DNA of 64,000 nt from an uncultured Clostridia bacterium. Its GTDB lineage: Bacteria > Bacillota > Clostridia > TANB77 > CAG-508. The stretch is from assembly GCA_944390975.1 (NCBI GenBank), contig CALXRX010000003.1, positions 25,115-89,114 on the forward strand, read 5' to 3'. Of the stretch, positions 1 through 8,250 are shown one piece after another; position 1 is the first letter of the stretch; the number at the start of each line of letters is the position of its first letter. The notes below the pieces were generated by a model, which saw nothing but the letters and a program-made list of their open reading frames with translations, was not told the origin of the DNA and searched no databases. A program made the translations under genes and the position numbers.

Positions 1-1422
1 TCTCCAATTAATGTTTCATATCCTTCTTTAAAATTATTAATATCATAATCCACCTCACAATTTGCACATATTTCTTTTAATTGTTCAAAAGGAATTTTTT
101 TATTTAATTCTATATTTTCTAATATGCTTCCAGAAAACATATAAGCTTCTCCTAAAATTAATTCCATGTAATTTCTAATATTTTCTTTACTTAAATTTCT
201 TAGATTATGATTATGAATGTATATATTGCCCTTATATTGGTAAAATCCTAAAATAGTTTTAGCAATTATACTTTTTCCACTTCCATTTTCTCCTATAATT
301 GCAACTTTTTCTCCTCTTTTTATGATAAAGTTCATATTTTCTAATATCTTATGCTGATCAATATAAATTGAAACATTACTAAATACTATATCTCCATTTA
401 AATCATATACATTACTTACTTTATTTTCTTCTTTTAAATTCAAAAACATATTTATTTTTTTATTTACTACATGAAAATCATCTATTATCTCTAAATTATT
501 ACCAAAACCGTAGATACAATCAAATATCTTTTCTGCCATATCTAACATTGCTACCAATGATCCCATTGTCATTCTTCCGTTTAATAATAGCTATTCCGCC
601 TAATATGTATATAATTGGTGTTCGTAAATATGTTAGATGTTCTAAAGTAATATCATAAAATAATACAAACTTTATAAAACTGATTTCTTCATCACAATAA
701 TCTTTATTTAGCGTTTTATATTTTTCCTTTTCTTGTTTTTGCTTATTAAACATCCTTATAAATTTAAAATTACTTATATGTTGAATTGTCATGTTTAATA
801 GTTTCTTTCTTTTAGTAATCATATTTTCTATATTTACGCTCAATTTTTTAAAATACCAAAATGAAAATAATAGCATTACAATAATTGCTAGAAATATATA
901 TATTGAAATTTCTAGGCTTAACGATATTCCTTCTTTGATAATTATTATGGATAAAAATAGTATATCTAATATAAGATTAAATTGGCTATCAAAAAATTTT
1001 GAATATGTATCTGCATCTTCATTTATTCTTTGCATTATTTCTGCTTTGTTATAGGAATTATAACTGTCATACTCTAAATTTAATAAATGATTAAATAATT
1101 TTGATTTTAAATTTATATTAATTGTTGATTTAAATTTGCCTGTTATACATTCTCTAAAATATTTTAATAGTTTTTCTATAAAATTTAACAAAATAATGAT
1201 GATAGCAATAATTCCTAAATCATATAGATAATTTTGTTTAAAAATTGTTTTTATGTACATCGGTATTTCATTATAGTTATTAAATAAAATTCCATCTATT
1301 GCATATTTTATGCTCATTGATATTAAGAAAGATATATATGCAATTATCATACTTAATACGATTAATAAAATTAAATATATTTTTGTATTTTTTAAAGCTA
1401 CTTTTAGCATTTTTACTTTCAA
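1..1422 (-). CDS. ABC exporter, fused permease/ATP-binding protein. The 3' end runs off the window start. The frame breaks at in-frame CGG 579..577 and continues in the +1 frame.
   Basis: ORF 520..1422 is a multi-TM ABC exporter domain. The +1 frame from 578 down to 1 translates to a nucleotide-binding domain with Walker A GENGSGKS. The junction IIK-G-RMTMGSLVAM fits the conserved G-x-(L/M)T-x-G of exporter TM6. Confidence 0.7.
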
Positions 1423-1506
1423 CTAAAAACCTCCCTAAATATATATTTTTATTTTATATTTTAGGAAGGTTTTTTTATTAATTTTTTTGGTTTCAATTTT
1501 ATTAAC

Positions 1507-2334
1507 TTATTTTATAGGAATACAAAGTTCACATTCATTTTCATAATAAATTTCTAATTCTGGATAATTTAATATCTCCGTATATTGTGATGATGGAAGC
1601 CATTTTGTATATATGGTATTAAAAAGTTTTAATATATCTGCTTGTTTTTTTGTTTTTAATTTAAAACATGCCCAGGTTGCTTTAGGAATTTCTATATGTA
1701 TAAAACCTTTATTTGGTTTTTTCCCCAATATATAATATTGTAGAGAATTAGTTAATTCATTATTATATATTTCTTTTGTAGCACCATAGTATAGTTCTTT
1801 CCCATCACTATTATTTATAATAAAATCCAGTATTTTTTCTTCTTTAGCTTTTTGAAATAATTCTCTTATTTTCTCATTTTTTGAATTTTCTATTACTCCT
1901 GTTGTTATTCCATATAAGTTCTGCCTATCTAAATTTATAATTCTATATTCTAACTCATCAATAGTATCTATCGTAGGTTTAAATTCTATTTTAGGAAATA
2001 TTTTTATCGACGTGCTAGTTTTTCTTAAGGTTTGAGGACTTACTCCATGCATTTTTTTAAATGCATTAGTAAATGATATGGGAGAATCATATTGATATTT
2101 TAAGCTTAAGTCAATTATTTTTATATTTGTTGATACTAATTCTTCTGCTGCTTTACTTAATCTTCTTTTTCTTATATATTCTGTTAGAGTAATACCAGTT
2201 AAAAAGGTAAATATTCTTTGTAGTGTATAACTGGATGTACCAATAATTCTAGCCAAATCTTTGTATTTTATTTCCTGTGTTAAGTTTTTCTCTATTTCTT
2301 CTATTACATTATTTAAATTATCATAATAATTCAT
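1507..2334 (-). CDS. AraC-family transcriptional regulator with a GyrI-like effector-binding C-terminal domain
   Basis: N-terminal AraC HTH (YKDLARIIGTSSYTLQRIF, IRKRRLSKAAEEL, SPISFTNAFKKMHGVSP) and a roughly 150 aa C-terminal domain typical of GyrI-like fusions. Confidence 0.8.
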   Translation of the reverse strand: MNYYDNLNNVIEEIEKNLTQEIKYKDLARIIGTSSYTLQRIFTFLTGITLTEYIRKRRLSKAAEELVSTNIKIIDLSLKYQYDSPISFTNAFKKMHGVSPQTLRKTSTSIKIFPKIEFKPTIDTIDELEYRIINLDRQNLYGITTGVIENSKNEKIRELFQKAKEEKILDFIINNSDGKELYYGATKEIYNNELTNSLQYYILGKKPNKGFIHIEIPKATWACFKLKTKKQADILKLFNTIYTKWLPSSQYTEILNYPELEIYYENECELCIPIK

Positions 2335-2520
2335 TACTTATTCCTCTATTTTTTATACTTATTATAAAATTTGTATACATGATATTAATATTATACGTAA
2401 TTTTTTATATGATTACAAGTTTATTTGCACCAATAATGTTTATAAAAAAATCAACCAGATTTTTATTTCTGATTGATTTTCATATCATATCTGTTCAATT
2501 AGTTCGAACAGAAACGTCGT

Positions 2521-2604
2521 TGGTGCGGATGAGAGGACTCGAACCTCCACGCCGTTGGCACTGGTTCCTAAGACCAGCGCGTCTGCCAGTTCCGCCACAT
2601 CCGC
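2521..2604 (-). tRNA. tRNA-Leu (anticodon UAG), class II with long variable arm, CCA encoded
   Basis: The reverse complement reads GCGGATG...CTGGT-CTTAGGA-ACCAG...GGTTCGAGTCC...CATCCGC-A-CCA. Acceptor stem, anticodon stem-loop and T-loop are all recognisable. Confidence 0.9.
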
Positions 2605-3089
2605 ATTTCTATTAACAAGATATATATTAGCATATTTTATCTTTCTTTGTCAATACAATTTTTACATATTTTTAAAATAAGCTTATATTGCTAACCTTTT
2701 GCTAACCGTTTAATTTACTTTTATTAATTTATCAAACATATTAGCTACTTCTTGGTCTGCTTCCTTGTATAAGTAAGAATACAAATCTTTTTTTCTTTTC
2801 ATATTACTTAATATATTTTTTAGTTTAAAAAAAGAAGCAAGTTTATTTGCTTCTCAAAAATAGTACTAAAAAATACTCACTTTCACCTATCTTACTAACA
2901 AATATTTTTATCTATTTTTTATTTATCATAATAATTATTTTTTTATTATTATGAAAAGGACATAACTTGTTCCTATATATTTATGTGTCTTTTCATATAT
3001 TTTTTGGTATTTAAATCGCCCTGTGCTACGCTACGCATAGCACATTTCCTTTGCCAAGAAGTCCTAAGGCCTTCTCGGCAGGCACTATT

Positions 3090-4133
3090 TTATATTCCTA
3101 ACTCATATGCTGTTTCTTCTGAACTTCCATCTCCTGCTACTACTTTGATATCAGATTTTAGAGATATACAAGGACGAAACCCACGCTCATAGCTGTAGCT
3201 ATACGTGCGGCCATCAGACTCCACACCGCACAAGAAGTAGTTGTACAAGTCGCCGCTGGTATACACATAACGCACATTGAAATTGAAACCTGGCGAATAC
3301 GAAGACAAAGTACGGGATGCTAACCAGTAAACTTCTTTTGTTGTCAATATATTAGCTGCTTGCATTGCTGTTTGGTCTGTTGTATAGTTTTCATCTATCC
3401 ATTTTTGACATCCTGTATCTCTGCTTGTCCATCCACTTGGCAATGTATAATCATCTGGTATAAAAAAAGTTCCTTCTACTTCTGTATTTTTTGCATTAAA
3501 TTTTCCATCTGTTCCTATTGTTGGTACACTTCCTACACATCTTCCGTCTAATGCATATGAACTACTTTGTGCATAATATTCTGCTTTTTCATTTAACATT
3601 GCTATTGCATTATTATAATCGTTCATTGATGTTTGAAATGCTACTAAATCATTTTCTCCATCTGTTCCCAATGTTACATCTTCGATATTTTTATCTGATA
3701 TTATTTGTAATCCATATGTGTCATCATTATATAACACTCTAAATGTTACTACTCCATTTTCTCCTACTGAACTTATTCCAGTATTGTATTTTACATAATC
3801 TCCTGGTTGGGCCACACTTGCTAATGTTTCATAATTTGTACTAGGTGTATCTGTACCACCACTACTTCCTGTTCCACCTATTATATTATTTATTGTATTT
3901 TCAAAGTCTGATAACCCTGCTAGTTCTCTATCCTGTGCTTCCATATAATTCTTTCCTGCCATCTCTGCTGTTCTAAATATTCCATTCTCTCCTAATGTTA
4001 AATTTATTGTTACTCCCGCTAGTATTAATAGCACAATTATTGTTATAATTAATGCTATTAATGTGATACCTTTACTATTTGTCTTTTTACTTAACAATTC
4101 ATATTTACTTTTTGATTTTAAATTTTTCTTCAT
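3090..4133 (-). CDS. Pilin-like signal-anchored surface protein with a hypervariable (DGR-VR-like) C-terminal region, paralog 1
   Basis: N-terminus KGITLIALIITIIVLLILAGV resembles a prepilin-type cleavage/methylation segment. RBS GGAGG lies upstream of ATG 4133. About 90% identical to ORF 59541..60554 except for a 46-codon block before the conserved RPCISLKSDIKV tail. Confidence 0.8.
   Translation of the reverse strand: MKKNLKSKSKYELLSKKTNSKGITLIALIITIIVLLILAGVTINLTLGENGIFRTAEMAGKNYMEAQDRELAGLSDFENTINNIIGGTGSSGGTDTPSTNYETLASVAQPGDYVKYNTGISSVGENGVVTFRVLYNDDTYGLQIISDKNIEDVTLGTDGENDLVAFQTSMNDYNNAIAMLNEKAEYYAQSSSYALDGRCVGSVPTIGTDGKFNAKNTEVEGTFFIPDDYTLPSGWTSRDTGCQKWIDENYTTDQTAMQAANILTTKEVYWLASRTLSSYSPGFNFNVRYVYTSGDLYNYFLCGVESDGRTYSYSYERGFRPCISLKSDIKVVAGDGSSEETAYELGI
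3177..3314 (-). other. Hypervariable block (candidate DGR variable region, VR1)
   Basis: 138 nt, GC-rich and A-poor on the coding strand inside an AT-rich gene. 31 of 46 codons differ from the paralog at 59628..59765, and 36 of 43 nucleotide differences are at codon positions 1 or 2. Confidence 0.6.
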
Positions 4134-4206
4134 TTTTTCTTTTTCCTCCGTTTTCTTTCTTATTTTTTTGCTTTTGCATTTTTTTACTTTTTATTCATTA
4201 TGCTAT

Positions 4207-4399
4207 TTGTTTAACAGACTTTTAAACTTCAAATTTGAAAAAAACGCATTGAAAGTAATTTGCTTTAGATATTCTTAAATAATTTTATGGAAAGTGTTCA
4301 TTTTTAATGGAAGGGTGCCATAAAATTATTTTAGAATATCTTAGTAAATTATCTTGAACAAGTTTTTTGATAAATTTAAGTTTAAATTCTGTTAAACAA
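4207..4399 (-). promoter_or_regulatory. Long imperfect palindrome (about 193 nt) in the 5' leader of the variable-protein gene, copy 1
   Basis: Outer arms are TTGTTTAACAG...CTGTTAAACAA. Inner arms AGATATTCTTAAATAATTTTATGG / CCATAAAATTATTTTAGAATATCT flank a 27-nt centre. Nearly identical copy at 60639..60832. Confidence 0.6.
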
Positions 4400-4421
4400 T
4401 TCTTTCCTACTTTATGATACA

Positions 4422-4450
4422 ATTTTATATTTACTTCTATTACTTGTCAA
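4422..4450 (-). promoter_or_regulatory. Sigma-A-type promoter of variable-protein gene 1
   Basis: On the minus strand: TTGACA (4450..4445), 17-nt spacer, TAAAAT (4427..4422). The same arrangement is conserved at 60855..60883. Confidence 0.6.
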
Positions 4451-4562
4451 GCCTTTTTATATATCTTTTTTCTCTATTTTAAAATAAGCTTTTCCAGATA
4501 AGGTTTTTAAATAACTTTGTAAGAAAACAAAAAGAAGCCTTTAAAGACTCCTTTTTGTTTTC

Positions 4563-4736
4563 TTAATGTGATTTATTATTATATTTATAGCTACTACACA
4601 TTGATTCATCTGGGTTAGTTGTCTTACATTCTTGAACTGGTGTAACCATTATTTGTTCTAATGTACATTCTTGTTCTTTGTTTTTGTTGTATTTACAGCT
4701 TGTTACAGTACAATTTATTTTTTGCTTATTATCCAT
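4563..4736 (-). CDS. Small Cys-rich protein, DUF1540-like (57 aa), absent from the ORF track
   Basis: Translates MDNKQKINCTVTSCKYNKNKEQECTLEQIMVTPVQECKTTNPDESMCSSYKYNNKSH. The C-x-V-x-x-C-K-Y-N pattern matches DUF1540. A terminator hairpin follows. Confidence 0.6.
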   Translation of the reverse strand: MDNKQKINCTVTSCKYNKNKEQECTLEQIMVTPVQECKTTNPDESMCSSYKYNNKSH

Positions 4737-4821
4737 AAAAATAACCTCCTTAGAATTATTATCAATAATAGTATGTGTAAGTTAGTTATTTTTATTACAT
4801 GGATATTTTATGTACTAATTA

Positions 4822-5532
4822 TTATTTCTTTTTTTCTTCTAATTCTTTTATTTCATTTCCTCTTGAACAACATTCTTGTGAATTCTTAAAACTTAAATAC
4901 CAATTAAATCCATTTTGATTTTTTTGAATACTTTGTACTCTTTCTTCTAATTCACAAAATGTCTGTGGCATAGGTACTATTAAAGGCTCATTTGGACACC
5001 AGTTTGCAGGAGTTGCTCCCTTATTGCAATCTGCAATTTGTAGTGCTTCTAATAATCGTAATATTTCGGGTATACATCTTCCTACATTCATAGGATATAC
5101 GAGAATTGCTCTTACAATACCTTTATCATCTATTATGAATACATTTCTTACTGTTTCTGAATTACTAACATCGTTTGAAATCATTCCATATTTTCTTGCA
5201 ATGCTACCATTTCTATCTGCAATAATCGGAAATGGAATTCGTATTCCTGTTCTACAATAAATGTCATATACCCAGGCCAAGTGTGAGGCATTGCTATCTA
5301 CGCTAAGTCCTAATAAACAAGCATTTTTATCTCTAAAATATGTATCTGCTTTTGCAAATGCTATCATTTCAGTTGTACAAACAGGTGTAAAATCTCCTGG
5401 ATGAGAAAATAGCACTACCCATTTTCCCTTATAATCATTTAAACATATATTTCCCATTGTCGTAACAGCTTCGAAATCTGGTGCAAACATTCCAATCCTA
5501 ACGTTTCCATTCATCATAACTTCGTAATCCAT
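4822..5532 (-). CDS. Peroxiredoxin (1-Cys/Prx6-like, AhpC/TSA family)
   Basis: Motif HPGDFTPVCTTE. The start is moved to MDYEV (5532), which has a GGGAG RBS. The ORF-track start at 5595 has none. Confidence 0.8.
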   Translation of the reverse strand: MDYEVMMNGNVRIGMFAPDFEAVTTMGNICLNDYKGKWVVLFSHPGDFTPVCTTEMIAFAKADTYFRDKNACLLGLSVDSNASHLAWVYDIYCRTGIRIPFPIIADRNGSIARKYGMISNDVSNSETVRNVFIIDDKGIVRAILVYPMNVGRCIPEILRLLEALQIADCNKGATPANWCPNEPLIVPMPQTFCELEERVQSIQKNQNGFNWYLSFKNSQECCSRGNEIKELEEKKK

Positions 5533-5720
5533 AAAATAAACTCCCTTCATATTTTTGTATATAATATGAAGAGAATTATTTTTTTGTGAATTCATTCATT
5601 TTTTTATTGTCTTTGTTATCATATTAATAATTAATTATTACTTTTTACTTTTCTATTATTAATTTTTTATTTTTAATACTTAATACTCTATTTTCTATTT
5701 TTAATTTATATTTTAATTAA

Positions 5721-6032
5721 TCATTTAATCATGTCTAATATTTCTTGTTTACTTATTACTCCTACAGATTGATTAACTAATTTACCATTATTTATCACTA
5801 TAAGTGTAGGTATACTCATTATATTAAATGCTCTAGCTAATTCTTGTTCATCATCAACATTTACTTTTCCAACTTTGACCTTTCCATTTATTTCTTCTGC
5901 AACTTCATCAACTATTGGTGATAGCATTTTGCATGGACCACACCAACTAGCCCAAAAATCTAATAGTACTGGTATTTCTGATTTTGATACCTCTTGTTCA
6001 AAATTTTTACTTGTAATTGTTAATACTGACAT
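5721..6032 (-). CDS. trxA: Thioredoxin
   Basis: 103 aa with the WCGPC active site. Confidence 0.9.
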   Translation of the reverse strand: MSVLTITSKNFEQEVSKSEIPVLLDFWASWCGPCKMLSPIVDEVAEEINGKVKVGKVNVDDEQELARAFNIMSIPTLIVINNGKLVNQSVGVISKQEILDMIK

Positions 6033-6045
6033 ATAATCCTCTCCT

Positions 6046-6618
6046 TTATTTAATTTTATTTATATTTTGTATTAAAATATCTTTATCAATCATTCCCTGA
6101 TATTCAGTTATTATATTAAAATTTTTATCAATAAAAATAGTGGTCGGGAATCCAGTTATTCTATAATTTTGTATTGCTTCTTCTTCCATATCATAATAAA
6201 CTGGAAATGTATATTTTTCTTTTTCTACAAACTCTATTGCTTTTTCTTTCATTTCTTGCATTCCATCTGTTGCGTTTACCATTAAAAATATAACATTTTC
6301 TTTTTCTTGTTCATATACTTCATTAAAGTCTGGCAATTCCATTTTGCATGGATTACACCAAGTTGCCCAAAAATTTACAACAATTGGTTTTCCTTTATAA
6401 TCACTAAGATTTATTGCATTATTTTCTTTATCATATACTGTAAAATCAATTGCAAAATTTGCATCTTGTTGTTCTTTTTGTCCTTCTATTTGTTCTTCTT
6501 GCATTTGATTAATATATTCCTTATTGTTATTTTTTATATTATAATAAAGAATATTTGCTCCTATTAATATTAAAATAAATACGATTATATATATTACTAA
6601 TTTGATCTTATTATTCAT
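6046..6618 (-). CDS. Membrane-anchored TlpA/ResA-family thiol-disulfide oxidoreductase
   Basis: N-terminal TM helix and the motif FWATWCNPC. Confidence 0.8.
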   Translation of the reverse strand: MNNKIKLVIYIIVFILILIGANILYYNIKNNNKEYINQMQEEQIEGQKEQQDANFAIDFTVYDKENNAINLSDYKGKPIVVNFWATWCNPCKMELPDFNEVYEQEKENVIFLMVNATDGMQEMKEKAIEFVEKEKYTFPVYYDMEEEAIQNYRITGFPTTIFIDKNFNIITEYQGMIDKDILIQNINKIK

Positions 6619-6637
6619 TTCATAACTACCACCTTTT

Positions 6638-7306
6638 TTAAAATGTTAGAAATGCTAAAAAACGTTCCATAAAACCTGTTATCATAAGAATACCTATTGC
6701 TATTAAAAATACTCCTGCAACTTTATTTATTATTTCATAATGTTTTTTTATAAAGTCAATTGTTGACCTTAATTTGTCTATCAAAAATGCACTAATAAGA
6801 AATGGTATTCCTAATCCCAAAGAATAACAAAGTAACATACTAATTCCTTTAAACATATGGGCTTGTACTGTAGCAAACATCAATGCTGAGCCTAAAAATG
6901 TTCCTATACAAGGTGTCCAGCCAACAGCAAAAATTATTCCAAATAATATAGAAGATAAAAAACCAGTTATTTTAATATTTATATTTAACTTTTTAGTACG
7001 ATTAATTATTGGCATGTTTAATACATCCATAAAATTCAAACCAAATAATATTACTATTATTCCAAATACTATATTTATTATTCTGTTATATTGTTTTACA
7101 AACATTCCTAAACTTGAAGCAAATGCTCCTAATAATACAAAAATAATTGTAAATCCAATTATAAAACCAATTGCATTTTTTATAAGTTTTTCCTTACTAT
7201 CTTCTTTTTGCCCTGCTAAATATGAAAAATATAGCGGTAGCATAGGTAGTAAACAAGGAGATATGAAAGTTATCAAACCCTCCATAAATAACATTATATA
7301 TTCCAT
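6638..7306 (-). CDS. ccdA: Cytochrome c biogenesis protein CcdA / DsbD-family transmembrane electron transporter
   Basis: Six-TM protein with SPCLLPMLP and WTPCIG motifs. Confidence 0.8.
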   Translation of the reverse strand: MEYIMLFMEGLITFISPCLLPMLPLYFSYLAGQKEDSKEKLIKNAIGFIIGFTIIFVLLGAFASSLGMFVKQYNRIINIVFGIIVILFGLNFMDVLNMPIINRTKKLNINIKITGFLSSILFGIIFAVGWTPCIGTFLGSALMFATVQAHMFKGISMLLCYSLGLGIPFLISAFLIDKLRSTIDFIKKHYEIINKVAGVFLIAIGILMITGFMERFLAFLTF

Positions 7307-7315
7307 TTTTCACCT

Positions 7316-8185
7316 TTACTTTTTTCTTATATATTTTATTGCATCTAGTCCAGCTACTGCTCCTTCATACACAGCTTTTGAAATTTGTAATAAACCTCCT
7401 GTACAATCTCCACAAGCATAAAGTCCTGGCACATTTGTCTTCATATTTTTATCTACTACAATATAATTGCCATTAGTAATAGCTCCTAGTTTTTTAGCTA
7501 AATCTGTACTTGATGCTACTCCAAGTGCAATAAACACTCCTGAAGTTTTAAGGTTTGAATTGTCATTAAAAACAACTTCTTCTATAACTTCATTTCCTCT
7601 AAAATGGTTAATTGGCTTTTCTAATAATTGTATTTTTTCTAAATCTGTATTTCTATTTTCCACAATTTGTTCTCCATTAGTTAGAATAGTTACTGAGTTT
7701 GCTACTGGTAATAATTGTTTTGCTTCTGATATTGCATAGTCCCCGCTTCCCAACACAGCTACATCCTTATTTTTATAAAAAAATGCATCACAGATAGCAC
7801 AGTAACTAACGCCTTTTCCTTCAAATTCTTTTATACCCTTTATTGTAGGTACATTTCTTCTAGCACCTGTTGCAAGGATTAAAGTTTTTGCTTTGAATAT
7901 TGAGTTTCTAGTTTTTACTATATATTCTCCATCGAATTCTAGTCCTATTACTTCATCTGTTTCAAGCTCTACTCCTAACCTTTTTGCTTGTTCTATCCCA
8001 TTTATTAGTAATTCTTGCCCAGAAATAGTATTTTTAAATCCATAGTAATTATCAATTTCTTTTGTTTTTTCTAATGCTCCTCCATCTTTTCCTATAACTA
8101 GTACTTTTAAATTAGCTCTTTTTACATATAAACTTGCTGATATTCCAGCAGGTCCTTTTCCTATAACTATACAATCATAGCTCAT
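7316..8185 (-). CDS. Thioredoxin-reductase-like FAD/NAD(P)-dependent oxidoreductase
   Basis: GxGxxG (IGKGPAG), redox CAIC motif, a second dinucleotide fold (VLGSGDYA), and C-terminal GLYACGDC. Confidence 0.75.
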   Translation of the reverse strand: MSYDCIVIGKGPAGISASLYVKRANLKVLVIGKDGGALEKTKEIDNYYGFKNTISGQELLINGIEQAKRLGVELETDEVIGLEFDGEYIVKTRNSIFKAKTLILATGARRNVPTIKGIKEFEGKGVSYCAICDAFFYKNKDVAVLGSGDYAISEAKQLLPVANSVTILTNGEQIVENRNTDLEKIQLLEKPINHFRGNEVIEEVVFNDNSNLKTSGVFIALGVASSTDLAKKLGAITNGNYIVVDKNMKTNVPGLYACGDCTGGLLQISKAVYEGAVAGLDAIKYIRKK

Positions 8186-8250
8186 AAATTCACCTTCCGC
8201 TTCTTTATAAGATATGCAAATTACAAAATTTTATTATTACCAATACTTTA

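Noticed and set aside
2277-2615. 112-aa plus-strand ORF in the track
   Set aside because: It runs antisense through the AraC gene start and straight through the tRNA-Leu gene. The sequence is low-complexity and hydrophobic and there is no RBS.
2708-2800. Possible tyrosine-integrase C-terminal remnant (MKRKKDLYSYLYKEADQEVANMFDKLIKVN) next to tRNA-Leu
   Set aside because: Only a vague resemblance to the ...Y-x-H-L... integrase tail. Upstream residues do not match the HxxR/LGH box, and it is too short to call without a database search.
3010-3088. The GC-rich island as the DGR template repeat
   Set aside because: I could not align it to either variable region, and it is not A-rich as a template repeat should be.
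4261-4350. The inner 24-bp inverted repeats of the leader as an invertible promoter switch (inverton)
   Set aside because: The repeats are separated by only 27 nt. The recognisable promoter lies outside the palindrome, and no invertase gene is adjacent. An RNA or DNA hairpin is the simpler reading.
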